A stretch of 64,000 bases of DNA from the human T2T-CHM13v2.0 reference genome, Homo sapiens (GCF_009914755.1 NC_060931.1); one strand, 5' to 3'; counted from the first letter of the stretch, positions 29,795 through 44,229 are shown. Program-made: numbers and translations. The notes: generated by a model not told the origin, from the sequence alone.

Positions 29795-32700
29795 ATGACA
29801 GGATCAAATTCACACATAACAATATTAACCTTAAATGTAAATGAGCTAAATGCCCCAATTAAAAGACACAGACTGGAAAATTGGATAAAGAGTCAAGACC
29901 CATCAGTGTGCTGTATGCAGGAGACCCATCTCACGTGCAGACACACATAGGCTCAAAATAAAGGGATGGAGGAAGATATACCAAGCAAACAGGAAAAAAA
30001 AAAAAAAAAAGCAGGTGTTGCAATCCTAGTCTCTGATAAAACAGACTTTAAACCAACAAAGATCAAAAGAGACAAAGAAGGCCATTACATAACGATAAAG
30101 GGATCAGTTCAACAAGAAGAGCTAACTATCCTAAATATATATGCACCCAATACAGGAGCACCCAGATTCATAAAAAAAGTCCTTAGAGACCTACAAAGAG
30201 ACTTGGACTCCTACACAATAATAATGGGAGACTTTAACACCCCACTATCAATATTAGACAGATCAACGAGACAGAAAGTTAACAAGGATATTCATGACTT
30301 GAACTCACCTCTGCACCAAGCAGACCTAATAGACTTCTATAGAACTCTCCATGCAAATCAACAGAATATACATTCTTCTCAGCACCACATCGCACTTATT
30401 CCAAAACTGACCACATAATTGAAAGTAAAGCACTCCTCAGCAAATGTAAAAGAACAGAAATTACAACAAACTGTCTCTCAGACCACAGTGCAATCAAATT
30501 AGAACTCAGGATTAAGAAACTCACTCAAAACTGCACAACTACATGGAAACTGAACAACCTGCTCCTGAATGACTACTGGGTAAATAACGAAATGAAGCAA
30601 GAAATAAAGATGTTCTTTGAAACCAATGAGAACAAAGACACAATATACCAGAATCTCTGGGACACATTTAAAGCAGTGTGTAGAAGGAAATATATAACAC
30701 TAAATGCCCACAAGAGAAAGCAGGAAAGATCTAAAATCGACACCCTAACATCACAATCAAAAGAACTAGAGAAGCAAGAGCAAACACATTCAAAAGCTAG
30801 CAGAAGGCAAGAAATAACTAAGATTAGAGCACAACTGAAGAAGATACAGACACAAAAAACCCTTCAAAAAAATCAATGAATCCAGGAACTGGTTTTTTGA
30901 AAAGATCAACAAAATTGATAGACCACTAGCAAGACTAATAAAGAAGAAAATAGAGAAGAACCAAATAGATGCAATAAAAAATGATAAAGGGGATACCACC
31001 ACTGATCCCACAGAAATACAAACTACCATCAGAGAATACTATAAACACCTTTATGCAAATACAATAGAAAATCTAGAAGAAATTGATAAATTCCTCAACA
31101 CATACACCCTCCCAAGACTAAACCAGGAAGAAGTTGAATCCCTGAATAGACCAATATGAGGCTCTGAAATTGAGGCAATAATTAATAGCCTACCAACCAA
31201 AAAAAGTGCAGGACCAGAGGGATTCACAGCTAAATTCTAAGAGAGGTACAAAGAGGAGCTGGTACCATTCCTTCTGAAACTATTCCAATCAACAGAAAAA
31301 GAGGGGCTCCTCCCTAACTCATTTTATGAGGCCAGCATCACCCTGACACCAGGCAGACATACAATAAAAAAAGAAAATTTCAGGCCAACATTCCTGATGA
31401 ATATCGATGCAAAAATACTCAATAAGACACTGGCAAACTGAATCCAACAGCACATCAAAAAGCTTATCCACCACAATCAAATTAGCTTCACCACTGGGAT
31501 GCAAGACTGGTTCAACATACACAAATCAATAAACATAATCCAGCATATGAACAGAACCAAAGACAAAAACCACATGATTATCTCAATAGATGCAGAAAAG
31601 CCCTTTGACAAAATTCAACATCCATTCATGCTAAAAAAACTGTGAATAAATTAGGTATTGATGGGATGTATCTCAAAATCATTAGAGCTATTTATGACAA
31701 ACCCACAGCCAATATCACACTGAATGGGCAAAAACTGGAAGCATTCTCTTTGAAAACTGGCACAAGACAGGGATGCCCTCTCTCACCACTCCTATTCAAC
31801 ATAGTGTCGGAAGTTCTGGCCAGGGCAATCAGGCAAAAGAAAGAAATAAAGGGTATTCAGTTAGGAAAAGAGGAAGTCAAATTGCCCCTGTTTGCAGATG
31901 ACATGACTGTATATTTAGAAAACCCCATCATCTGAGCCCAAAATCTCCTTAAGCTGATAAGCAACTTTAGCAAAGTCTCAGGATACAAAATCAATGGCAA
32001 AAATCACAAGCATTCCTATACACCAATAAGAGACAAACAGAGAGCCAAATCATGAGTGAACTCCCATTCCCAATTGCTTCAAAGAGAATAAAATACCTAG
32101 GAATCCAACTTACAAGGGACATGATGGACCTCTTCAAGGAGAACTACAAATCACTGCTCAAGGAAATAAAAGAGGACACAAAAAAATGGAAGAACATTCC
32201 ATGCTCATGGATAGGAAGAATCAATATCATGAAAATGGCCATACTGCCCAAAGTAATTTATAGATTCAATGCAATCCCCATCATGCTACCAATGACTTTC
32301 TTCACAGAATTGGAAAAAACTACTTTAAAGTTCGTATGGAACCAAAAAAGAGCCTGCATTGCCAAGACAATCCTAAGCAAAAAGAACAAAGCTGGGGGCA
32401 TCATGCTACCTGACTTCAAACTATACTATATGACTACAGTAACCAAAACAGCAGGGTACTGGTACCAAAACAGACATGTAGACCAATGGAACAGAACAGA
32501 GCCCTCAGAAATAATACCACACATCTACAACCATCTGATCTTTGACAAACCTGAGAAAAACAAGAAATGCAGAAAGGATTCCCTATTTAATAAATGGTGC
32601 TGGGAAAACTGGCTAGCCATATGTAGAAAGCTGAAACTGGATCCCTTCCTTACACCTTATACAAAAATCAATTCAAGATGGATTAAAGACTTAAATGTTA

Positions 32701-33612
32701 GACCTAAACCCATAAAAACCCTAGAAGAAAACCTACCATTCAGGACATAGGCATGGGCAAGGACTTCATGACTAAAACACCAAAAGCAATGGCAACAAAA
32801 GCCAAAATTGACAAATGGGATGTAATTAAACTAAAGAGCTTCTGCACAGCAAAAGAAACCACCATCAGAGTGAACAGGCAACCTACAGAATGGGAGAAAT
32901 TTTTTGCAACCTACTCATCTGACAAAGGGCTAATATCCAGAATCCACAAAGAACTCACACAAATTTACAAGAAAAAAACAAACAACCCCATCAAAAAGTG
33001 GGCAAAGGATATGAACAGACACTTCTCAAAAGAAGACATTTATGCAGCCAACAAACACATGGAAAAATGCCCATCATCACTGGCCATCAAAGAAATGCAA
33101 ATCAAAACCACAATGAGATACCACCTGATGCCAGTTAGAATGGCAATCATTAAAAAGTCAGGAAAAAACAGGTGCTGAAGAGGATGTGGAGAAATAGGAA
33201 CACTTTCACACTGTTGGTGGGACTATAAACTAATTTAACCATTGTGGAAGACAGTGTTGTGATTCCTCAAGGATCTAGAACTAGAAATACCATTTGACCC
33301 AGCAATCTCATTACCGGGTATATACCCAAAGGATTATAAACCATCCTGCTATAAAGACACATGCACAAGTATGTTTATTGCACACTATTCACAATAGCAA
33401 AGACTTGGAACCAACCCAAATGTCCATCAATAATAGACTGGATTAAGAAAATGTGGCACATATACACCATGGAATACTATGCAGCCATAAAAAAGGATGA
33501 GTTCATGTCCTTTGTAGGGACATGGATGAAACTGGAAACCATCATTCTGAGCAAATTATCACAAGGACAGAAAACCAAACACCGCATGTTCTCACTCTTA
33601 GGTGGAAATTGA
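29795..33612 (+). pseudogene. Inner L1 ORF2p (EN/RT/Cys-rich), disrupted
   Basis: MGDFNTPLS EN motif, LFADDM RT motif, multiple stops and frameshifts. Confidence 0.9.
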
Positions 33613-33830
33613 ACAATGAGAACACCTGGACACAGGGTGGGGAACATCACACACTGGGGCCTGTCATGGGGTGGGGGAAGTGGGAAGGGATAGCATTAGG
33701 AGAAATACCTAATGTAAATGACGAGTTAATGGGTGCAGTACACCAACATGACATGTGTATACATATGTAACAAACCTGCACGTTGTTGACACGTACCCTA
33801 GAACTTCAAGTATAATAATAATAAAAAAAA

Positions 33831-34002
33831 GAAAATGTGGAAATGTTGGAGAAGATTCAGAAAATACTATGAAAAATAAAAGTACTGTAAAAATAAAAGC
33901 TGGGAGCAAGATTAAAGGGATTTATTTTTGCTAAGGTTTAAAAATACTTAAGAGTGACTGATGCACTAATTGGCGATCACATCAAAGGTTTTCACATAGA
34001 GC
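33831..34002 (+). other. L1-mediated 3' transduced non-L1 sequence (172 bp)
   Basis: Non-L1 DNA between the L1 A-tail (ends 33830) and a second poly(A) (34003-34012), inside the TSD pair. Confidence 0.88.
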
Positions 34003-34025
34003 AAAAAAAAAAAAACTGAAGAGTT

Positions 34026-34793
34026 TCTGCACAGCAAAAGAAACTGTCATCAGAGTGAACAGGCAACCTACAGAATGGGAGAAAATTTTTGCAATCTATC
34101 CATCTGACAAAGGCATAATATCCAGAATCTACAAGGAACCTAAATTTACAAGAAAAAAATTAGACAACCTCATCAAAAAGTGGCCAAAGGATATGAACAG
34201 ACACTTCTCAAAAGAAGACATTTATGTGGTCTACAAACATATGAAAAACAGCTCATCATCACTGGTCATTTGAAAAATGCAAATCAAAACTACTATGAGA
34301 TACCATCTCACACCAGTTAGAATGGTGATCATTAAAAACTCAGGAAACAACAGATGCTGGAGAGGATGTGGAGAAATAGGAATGCTTTTACAGTGTTGGT
34401 GGGAGTGTAAATTAGTTCAACCATTGTGAAAGACATTGTGGCGATTCCTCAAGGATCTAGAACCAGAAATACCATTTGTCCCAGCAATCTCATTACTGGG
34501 TATATACCCAAAGGATTATAAATCATTCTACTATAAAGACACATGCACATGTATGCTTACTCCAGCCCTATTCACAATATCAAAGACTTCGAACCAACCC
34601 AAATGCCCATGAATGATAGACTGGATAAAGAAAATGTGGCACATATACACCATGGAATACTATGCAGCCATAAAAAAGGATGAATTCATGTTCTTTGGAG
34701 GGACATGGACGAAGCTGGAAACCATCATTCTCAGCAAACTAACACAGGAACAGAAAACCAAACACTGCATGTTCTCACTCAAGTGGGAGTTGA
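34026..34793 (+). pseudogene. Outer L1 ORF2p 3' part
   Basis: Resumes at TCTGCACAGCAAAAG exactly where it was interrupted. Confidence 0.9.
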
Positions 34794-35090
34794 ACAATGA
34801 GAACACATGAACACAGGGAGGGGAACATCACACACTGGGGCCTCCCAGTGGATGAGGGTCTGGGGGAGGGATAGCATTAGGAAAAATACCTAATGTAGAT
34901 GACGGGTTGATGGGTGCAGCAAACCACCATGGCACGTGTATACCTATGTAACAAACCTGTACGTTCTGCACATCTCAGAACTTAAAGTATAATTTAAAAA
35001 AATAAAAATAAAACCCTGTAGTAGCAAAAGTAACTGGATATGAACATGATCATTAATTTTTCCCAATTACTTGAGTTATTTTTTAAGGAA

Positions 35091-35160
35091 ACACATTCGG
35101 TTTGATTCTCTAGTCACTTTTGAAATGATATAACAATTTTTTCTTAGAATTCAAGGAAGA
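35091..35160 (+). repeat. Dispersed direct repeat, copy 1 (copy 2 at 36321-36390)
   Basis: 64/70 ungapped identity. Confidence 0.9.
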
Positions 35161-35196
35161 AAAGTTATATACCCTATTTTGTTTGGGAGAAGAATA

Positions 35197-35198
<2 letters not shown>

Positions 35199-35247
<49 letters not shown>
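35199..35247. repeat. (GT)24 microsatellite
   Basis: Perfect run. Confidence 0.98.
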
Positions 35248-35250
<3 letters not shown>

Positions 35251-36320
35251 TAAAGCATACAAACAATGTCACCTTCAAAAGTAGGAACTTGAAGAAGATC
35301 TATGCTTATTTTGAGAATGTACCCAGTACCAAAACAGCTTGAAAATTCTTGTTTGGAATTCCTATCTGAGCCAATAGCATGTTCTATCCAACATTCTTAC
35401 TTAGCTTTGTTTTTCCCAAATACATATGGATTCAATTTTTTTTAAGTATCCAAAACAGTTTAGAACCAATTCTGGTCACAAGGTAATAGAGCATATATCA
35501 TTACAGAAGTCAAAAAGATAATTCAAAAAAATTACTTCCTAATAGGCCATCTTAAAAGATACCACTTATTTAAATGCATAAATTATACTGAGTATATTTT
35601 AAAATATATTACATGTAAATAAAAGAGCATGACTCTGTGTTAGATATTTTTTTAAAGGATTTTCTTGAAGGATATCAAGTAGCTCTCAGAATCAACAGAG
35701 AGTTTAGAGAACCAGGCCCAGAAATTGGGCAGGCACCACAGACAACTAGACTGTAGGTAAAAGCCATGGGCGGGGAGCAAGGAGATTAAGTTACTGTCTC
35801 CCCTGCTGGTCATCTTCTCCAGTGCCATGGATGCTGCCACCACTTCACACTGTCCCTTCTGGCCATTTCTACCACTTGGCATCTCTGATGGTGCAACTAA
35901 AAACAAATGAATCCTTTGCTTATATCTCTTGCCCCTGACTGTGACCCCAGATGGGAGCATTCATTTAGCTAAACCAGGGGGCAGGTAGTGAAAAGGGAGT
36001 TTCTGATCCCCTTGCTTCTGCACAGGGAGGCAAGAACTGGAGAAAATTAAAAAGAACAGATGCCCTTACTTTCAGTCATACCTCTCAAATCCTACAAATC
36101 CTCTTATCTGTAATTCAGACAAATTCATATCAAATTCATATGATCAAGAGGTTTTTTATACATTGAATTTCAGAACCTCACAAAAAGTCTTATGATGGTA
36201 AGAGATAGCAACCTCACATCAGATGGATAAGTAAAAATTAAGACCAAGTGGTTAGATTTCTTTTTGCAAATAAGTAAATGTGGAAGTATTTTAAGCTGCC
36301 CTTTTCACTTTCTTAGGAAA

Positions 36321-36390
36321 ATACATTTGGTTTGATTCTCTAGTCACTTTTGAAATGATATTACAAACTTTTCTTAGAATTCAAGCAAGA
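36321..36390 (+). repeat. Dispersed direct repeat, copy 2
   Basis: 64/70 identity to 35091-35160. Confidence 0.9.
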
Positions 36391-36479
36391 ATTCTTGAAT
36401 TCCAGGAAGAATATTCTCTTCCATCATCACCTTGATTATTATTTCCATCAGAATCATCAGGACTGCCTTTCATGTAGCA

Positions 36480-36670
36480 CTTCCATATGCTGTCACTGTT
36501 TTAAATGCTTCACAAACATTATGATCATTCTATCTTTACAAAACCACTGCAAGGTAGGTATTTTAATCTACATTTCACAGGCTTGGAAACTGAGGCAAGG
36601 AGGCTAAGTGATTTGCGTGATGATCACAGGTCAGTCTGACCCACAGGCTAAGTACATCTCTGCCATTCTA
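36480..36670 (-). mobile_element. MIR
   Basis: GGTAGGTATT..CATTTCACAG..GGAAACTGAGGC..GGCTAAGTGATTTGC. Confidence 0.65.
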
Positions 36671-38666
36671 CAAAGTCTCATCAAAATGTCTCATGAAAAG
36701 AATTTCGAAGTTAGAACCATTAGAAGGAAAATTCAAATGAGTATAAAGAGAAAAGGCCGGCCTTTCTCTCCACACCCCTAGGAGTACATTAGCATGTTCT
36801 GAACTCTACTACCATTAGATCAATTTGGTGTATCTGTTGATGACTGTTGTGATGGGCAAACATTTCAACTGCAGAAATATAGAAGAGAAAAGAAATACAT
36901 TATAAATATATAATCTCCATTGCTATTTTCAGTTTGCCATTTTATACTAAAAGTCTTAGTGACAGTGATCATATGTTTAGCAGATACATTTGGTACCACA
37001 GATACAAAGCATTGCCTTCCCAGATACAGCATCTAAATTATAGATTATACCCCTCACTGCAAATTAATTATGCTGGCAATAAAAAAAATCTGAACAAAGA
37101 AGAGCAGGCACTGATATATTTTCCTCTACACTAATCTGTTTCGACCTACATACACAAGCAAATTAATGAATTCATACTAGCCAATAGTTAATAAATAACA
37201 CCTTGTCACTATTCATTACCTTTATTCCAAAGACGCAAACACATTTTACCAATAGGCCAATAGATATCCAGGAAATTGCCTTTTAAGGGAATATGACTTT
37301 GTTTCTTATCTGTCAGAAGCAGAATCAAAGTCCAAAGAAGATGAATTTTAAGACAAAGTCTCACAAAGATTAATTTTTTTAAAAATCTTCTTAGGTCATA
37401 CATGTTCTACCTTGGTATATGTGTATCACTATACATTACCACCAATGTGGTCCATTTTTAATGAGACTACAAATACTGTAATGCAGTTCCTATTGTGCAA
37501 ATGAAAGTATTAGTACTTAAATCAAGCAAATCTGTTCAGCCAATATTTACATTACTATTCCCCACTGCTTGAAATGGAATACAAAGACCTCTCTTGCTCC
37601 CAAAGAAAAATATTCAGCAAATTTTTCCATGAAAAAAATATTTTCAGTTATACTCCAAACAACAAACAAACACCAGGTAGTTACTAGAAACATCAGACAC
37701 ACAGGCATCAACTTTGAGTGTCTGAAAGACAGAAAGAGGCCACAAAGAATGCTTTGTTAACAGAATGTATCTCTTTGTTTAACGGCCCTTTGCCAATTTT
37801 GCTAAACAGTGAATATACTGGTTGGATGACAAAAAGTTCTTTCTCAAAGCCATCTGCTCCTCCGAGTCAATCCTGTGTGAAATAGTTTATACTAAATTTG
37901 CCACATCACACCTCATTTTCAGGTCAATAGAGTGTCTGGAGTAGAATTCCAACACTTTTGCTTATTCTAACAGAGAGATTAGTTGGATCCAGCAAATAAC
38001 TTTTGAAAGTTTGGGAACCAAAATATAGTGATTGGCTACACACTCATAGATCAAGCCAACCTGATCAAGTCCTCACTGCCATCCCACCAAGAGATGCCTT
38101 TCCTAACAATAAGCTCCTTCCCTATTGCCTACAGTTTTATTTGTCTAGGAGAACACAATCAGTAATCTCTTAGTGAACACACGTCTCTTCCATCTGTAAT
38201 AGATGAGTAAATTAAAAAGACAAAGCATTTTCTTACAAATATAACATTATATAAGCTGTATTTATGAAAATTATTTGGGGCACAAGCTACTGAAGCCAAA
38301 GCAAACTACCTTAAGCCAGAAAGGAAATTTTTTAGAGGGCACTACAGAGTTTCACAGAAAAACTAAGTCATGAAAAGGGCAGGGTTGAGGCTGGACTCCA
38401 GAAATTGCTGGAACCAGAGAGGCTTAAGTAGCATTAGGATTCAGTCTGCTTCTCTCAGCTCTCCCTCCACCGTGGCTTCTTTCTTTTCTCCTGAAGTAGA
38501 CTAATTTTCTCCACACAGTGGAAAAATGGCCACCAACAGCTCTTGAGGTTTTGGGGACTATCTTTACAAGGAACTCTCACTAAGAATTAAAATCAACCCA
38601 TGCAAAAAACATTGCTCCACAAAATCACTATTTTTTTTTAGATTCCCACTCATACTAATTTCGTCC

Positions 38667-38925
<259 letters not shown>

Positions 38926-39856
38926 TGTCCCAATTCTTTACCTACAAAACCACACAAAAGCCTGGAATCAGTGCTAGCACCTAGCCATTCTTCTATTTCC
39001 TTGAAATTCACATTTCTCACAAAGGATGTTGTAATGGCCCATAATTCACATTTTTATATACAATCTTATTTTTACACATACTTGTTTTTAAAGCCTAATA
39101 CAAAAAAAAGAACAAATAAAGTGTTAAGAAACCTAAAGTGCTAAGAAGCGCTAACTCTAGAGCTAGCTTCACCTGTAACTCATTTTGTGACATTTATCAA
39201 ATCAATTGACCTCTCTGGAATTCTTTTAAAACAAAGATGTTAAACATTCCCTCAAGCCTGATGACTACTGTTAATGAGATTTGTATTCATAAACTTCTAA
39301 TCACCCATGGAGATACTCTGTAATGGAAACACTGCATAATAGCTGGTAACAACTGAGGAACTCTTTTTATAATGCCATCCTTCTATGCGCTCTGGAGAAT
39401 GTTACATTTTCCCTGAAAAATCAGGAAGAGAGCAATTATTTTGACAATGTAGAAGTAGGTACAAAGCAAGAAGGGTCACAGAAATACATAGGCCAGTAAC
39501 CACCTTTGGAGAAGGGCTTACTAAGACCTGACCATCTATCAACTTCCCATGTTGCTATTTTATCAAAAACAAAACACTAACTATAAAAATTGAATGTCCT
39601 TCCAAAAATGTATAAAAACAAGCAAAAATTCCATAATGACAATAGACTCATTGATAGTTACCAGTTATTAAATAGTTACTCTATCAGTCACTTTTTTGAG
39701 CATTTAATCTATATTATTATATTTAGTTCTCTCAATAACCCCATGGGGTAGGTCACTTTGTTCCCACTTTACTGAAGCTTAAAGACCACTTTCTCAAGCT
39801 ATTAAATGTTGGAGTTGGAACTCAATCCTAGGTTCATCACATTCTAAGGCTCATGT

Positions 39857-40399
39857 TGTTAGAAACAAGAGCTCAGAGTTGTGAGGAAAACTAGCACTCA
39901 AACAAAGGATTTCTCAGCAAGGCAAATTTACTTCTGCAGAAGGGCACCGCTCACACTTCTGGCCAATGAGACAGCACACCAAACAAAGGAAGGAAAAGGT
40001 TTTTATCCCTAATGTGGTTAGTCCCTGCTTCTATGTCCTGTCCCCATTTACTGGAGTCAGACCGCAAAATCTAAACTGACCTGACTGGCTACTGTTTAAA
40101 ATTGAATATGGCTACTTAGGTGGGAAGAGAAAGGCTGTCTGTTACAGCACAAGGCATGTTTGGGCATGTCAGGGTGCAGCAAAGGTGGGAAGAAGAGCAG
40201 TTTACAGAATGGGTAGCCAGGAGTAAAAGAGGACTCTTCCCAAGTAAGGAAGAGATGTGAATTACAGATTGGGACTGGAGGGAAAAGTTGTTTACAGAGC
40301 AGGTGGCTTAGGAGAAGGGAGAAGGAAGTTGATCTCAAGAACAAAGAATAAGGAAGTCAAGACATTAAACCTTTGAAGAGGAACTTACTATATCTGACC
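39857..40399 (-). mobile_element. ERV1 solo LTR, LTR10-family-like, inserted in a MIR
   Basis: TGTTAG... to ...CTTTGAAGAGGAACTTACTATATCTGAC; 4-bp TSD ATGT at 39853-39856 and 40400-40403. Confidence 0.75.
40152..40171. promoter_or_regulatory. p53 response element
   Basis: AGGCATGTTT GGGCATGTCA: two RRRCWWGYYY half-sites, no spacer, 19/20 match. Confidence 0.75.
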
Positions 40400-41645
40400 A
40401 TGTTCATACTGTTTCTGCTATACTTTGTCGCTTCACTTAATAGCAATGCATATCATTTACAAATACTCTACCTAAATGTACAGATGACATTCTCTGTATT
40501 TGGGTGTTACTTTGGCCTTTTTGAAAACAAACCTATACATTAATGGGTATATATTGCAAACTGCACCATAAAATACACAAGTTACAGAGATTCTAGTTTT
40601 AATTTCAAAATATTCCAAACATTCAGAAAATAATGAAAAAGACATCTATGAAAATACTGTCTAGATATAAGAGATGACAATATGCTGCCATACTTGCTTC
40701 AGATAGCTCTTTTAAAAAACAAATGAATCCTAATGGTGGAGAAATATTTTAGACAAAGGTTGCATCTGCATGTAACTGTCAGTATTGACTTAGCTTAAAT
40801 TATCACATGTAGAATGTAGCTGAAATGTTAAAAGTCTCTTCTGTAATGTTTACTTTCCTGAAATGGGTTAAAAATCAATGTTGTTTTCTTTTCCAGAAGC
40901 AATTTCCATTTGAATTGTATTTCTTTCTAAAAATGGAATCAGAACACAGGCTCTACCTTTGCAAAGTCAAAATATCTGGTGGTTGATTGAAAAATCTTTT
41001 CTTCAGACATCTAGAATGAGCATAACATATCGTCTTATTGCAACAAGACAAGTTGCTCATTGAGACGTTCAATTCTTACTCTACTTGGTGACAAGTTTAG
41101 TGTGTGTGACAGATCCCTCATATCTTCCTCCTGACTTAAGAGTGGAAATGATGGCAGCCAAATTGGCTAAAGAGCACCAAGAGTTTGTAATATAAAATAA
41201 GTTTGAGGAAAAGAGTATAGCTTCATTACAGGAGAATTTGCACTCTATCACCAATAAGCAGACATTGTGCTGTATTGGTCACAAACCATCCTATCATATT
41301 TTAACCTTTTATAGATGTTTTATATTTGATTTTACAAGTCTTGATGATTTTTATACCATAATTAGGAACTTACTAAAATGCACAAATTGTCTTTGACTAT
41401 AAAGTTTATTGGTAGAGGTCATTTCTACCTCTGAGCTTAATAACTTTAGAACATTTTTAATTCTCAATAAAATATTAATATTCATGTAAAAAAAGTTGTA
41501 AAGTCCCACTTACCCTCAACTTTTTCTCCCCTGAAGTAATCACTACCCTAACATTTGTTATCATTTTCATACATACTATTATACTTTTATCACAAATGTA
41601 TATGTAATATTTTAAAATATTTTTATGTATTTTTAAATATTTTCA

Positions 41646-41948
41646 GTATGGGCATGGTGGCTCATGCTTGTAATCCCAGCACTTTGAGAGGCCAAGGTGG
41701 GCAGATTGCTTGAGGCCACAAGTTTGAAACAAGCCAGAGCACCAAAACAAGCCAGAGCACCAAACCAAGGCCTCGAAAAAAAAATTTTTTTAAGTAGCCC
41801 AGCATGGTGGCATGCACCTGTAGTCCTAGCTACTCAGGAAGCTGAGGTGGGAGGATTGCTTGAGCCAAGGGATTCAAGGCTACAGTGAGCTATGACTGCA
41901 CCACTGCACTCTAGCCTGGGCAACAGAGAATACTCTGTCTCTAAAAAA
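41646..41948 (+). mobile_element. AluJ with internal 18-bp tandem duplication
   Basis: AAACAAGCCAGAGCACCA twice; TSD TAAATATTTTCA at 41634-41645 and 41949-41960. Confidence 0.93.
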
Positions 41949-42932
41949 TAAATATTTTCATAAATATAATCACATCATATATATCATTTTATAACTTGCT
42001 TTTGCCAGTCAACTTTACCCTTTTAAGATACATTCATGTTGATACCTGAGATAATACATTTACTTTGCATTAGACTTGCATTTTTCTGTCTTGAATGATT
42101 TCTTGATTTCCTGATTTTATCTATTTAATAGATTTTATTAGGTAAATTGCAAGTCACTAGCAGGTCACTTAACCTATAAAGATAGTAGTGTTTAGTTTGT
42201 GAAAACACACTCTTTAATAGCAGCAAGGTATTTCTGCTTACCCAGTTTTTTTGAAAAGTCACTTTCTGGGTCTACCTGACTTGCTTGTAGGGATGAAATA
42301 TCTTTCAGTGGCTAACAGTCAGTTCTATTTGAATCACCAAAGTAAAAAATTCCTTCTCTGTGAACTAGAGTTCAGATGCTAGTCTTTCAATTTGTGATAG
42401 TTGCGTGTGAATTGGAAAATGAAGCCATGAAGGCCAACTGCAGAGTTCTCAAATAAAAGTGCAGGTGTACCAGAGGAGGAATAAAAGAGAAAATACAAGA
42501 TTAAGAGAAAAATATATACAAAGTGATCCAGTTACTAACTCTGATTTGGAGTGAGCATTCAAATCATGTTCATTTTGCCCTGGGTCATTTCTCCATGAAC
42601 AATAACTGAGGCATCACTTTAGTTTGCCCTGTGCTTCTTTTTCCTTTATCATTTCAATCAACTGACTGAACACTTCCAGCAAGTTCTACAGTTCTCACTC
42701 TTCTTGCTTTTCATAAAACTTCTTGTACATGTCCTTTGTATTTCATATTTGTAGAGGAAGTAAAATCCAAATTAAAGTTGGCTTTACTTTGTGATGATGT
42801 TCCTTTAATAGACTTTTTTCTTTTTTAAAAAATAAAAAGCTCTATTCTGCCTGGAATTTTTAAATTCCAACTTGCTAGAAGATAGAGATGGTTGAGATGA
42901 GCAAGAGAACTTCTCTTCAGTAATATGGTTTC

Positions 42933-43323
42933 TGATATGGTTAGGCTTTGTGTCCTCACCCAAATCTCATCTTAAATTGTAATCCCCATAATCCCCATAA
43001 TCCCCACGTGTCAAGTGAGAAACAAGGTGCAGGTAATTGAATCACAGGGGAGGTTTCCCCATGCTGTTCTCATGATTAGTGAATGAGTCCTCATGAGATC
43101 TGATAGTTTTATAAGGGCCTCTTTCCCCTTTGCTCAGCACTTCTTGTTCCTGCCACTTTGTGAAAAAGATGCCTTGCTTCCCCCTTCACCTTCCACCATG
43201 ACTGTAAGTTTCCTGAGGCCTCCCCAGCCATGTTGAACTGTGAATCAAGAAAACCCCCTTCCATTATAAAGTCAGCCCAGTCTCAGTCAGTTCTTTATAG
43301 CAGTATGAAAACAGACTAATACA
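42933..43323 (+). mobile_element. THE1 (THE1D-like) solo LTR
   Basis: TGATATGGTTAGGCTTTGTGTC..CCAAATCTCATCTT..GACTAATACA. Confidence 0.9.
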
Positions 43324-43849
43324 GTCCCCTTCCTGAAGTTATATTATTATCACTGTCCAGACATAAAAATTTCATGAACAGAAAAACCAAAATTGAATAA
43401 ATTTTGAAAAATCAAAATTGAATAATTGGGGTGCCTTTTTATTCTAAGATACAAAACTAATGTTTATTAGCCTACTCATGACCCTCGGCTTTCCTGAAAA
43501 CTGTTAATCCATAAAATTACTGACTTGGGCATACTGTGTGCACATTTGTATGAAATTCAAAGAGATTATCTTTTACCAAGTCAATATCTCTCATCTTTAT
43601 ATGGTTCTTAATGGTCATCAATGACTTTTCAAATCAGAATTTCGTTTAATCCTTACAACCATCAGATAACATAAATGGGAAGGATACCCTTAATGATTTA
43701 TAAGGGAATAAATTGATTTTAATCAAAACTAGGTGACTTGCAGGACACAGAGCAAGTGTGAGAATTAGTGATGAAACCAGAGCTGCCAACACCTGATAAT
43801 GTGAGGATTTTTGTCAAGATTTTTTTTTCATATCATTTGTTATGCCATC

Positions 43850-44229
43850 TGGATTAGTTTGCTAGGGCTGCCATAACAAACTACTACAGACTGGGTGGCT
43901 TAAACAACAAAAATTTATTTTCCACAGTTCTAGGGGCCATAAGTCTAAGATTAGAGTTTTTGGCAGAGTTGGTTTCTTCTGAGGCCTCTTTCCTTAATTT
44001 TTAGATGGCAGTCTTCCTCCTATGTCTTCACATGGTCTTCCTTCGGTGTGTCTGCATTTCCTCTTTTTATAAAGATACCAGTCATATTGGATTAGGGCCC
44101 ACCCTACTCACCTTATTTTAACTTAATTAAACTTTAAAGATCCTATCTCCAAATACAGTCACATTCTGAGGTTCAAGAGGTTATAATTTCAATATATGAA
44201 TTTGAGGGAATGCAATTTAACCCATGACA
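43850..44229 (-). mobile_element. MaLR solo LTR, MLT1B-like
   Basis: MLT1 signature; 5-bp TSD CCATC at 43845-43849 and 44230-44234. Confidence 0.85.

Larger units (their letters stand above)
27683..34012 (+). mobile_element. Full-length LINE-1, L1PA5/L1PA6-like (inner) with 3' transduction
   Basis: 5' GGTTCCAAGATGGCAGAATAGGAACAGCTCC; TSD AAACTGAAGAGTT at 27670-27682 and 34013-34025; two A-tails. Confidence 0.95.
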
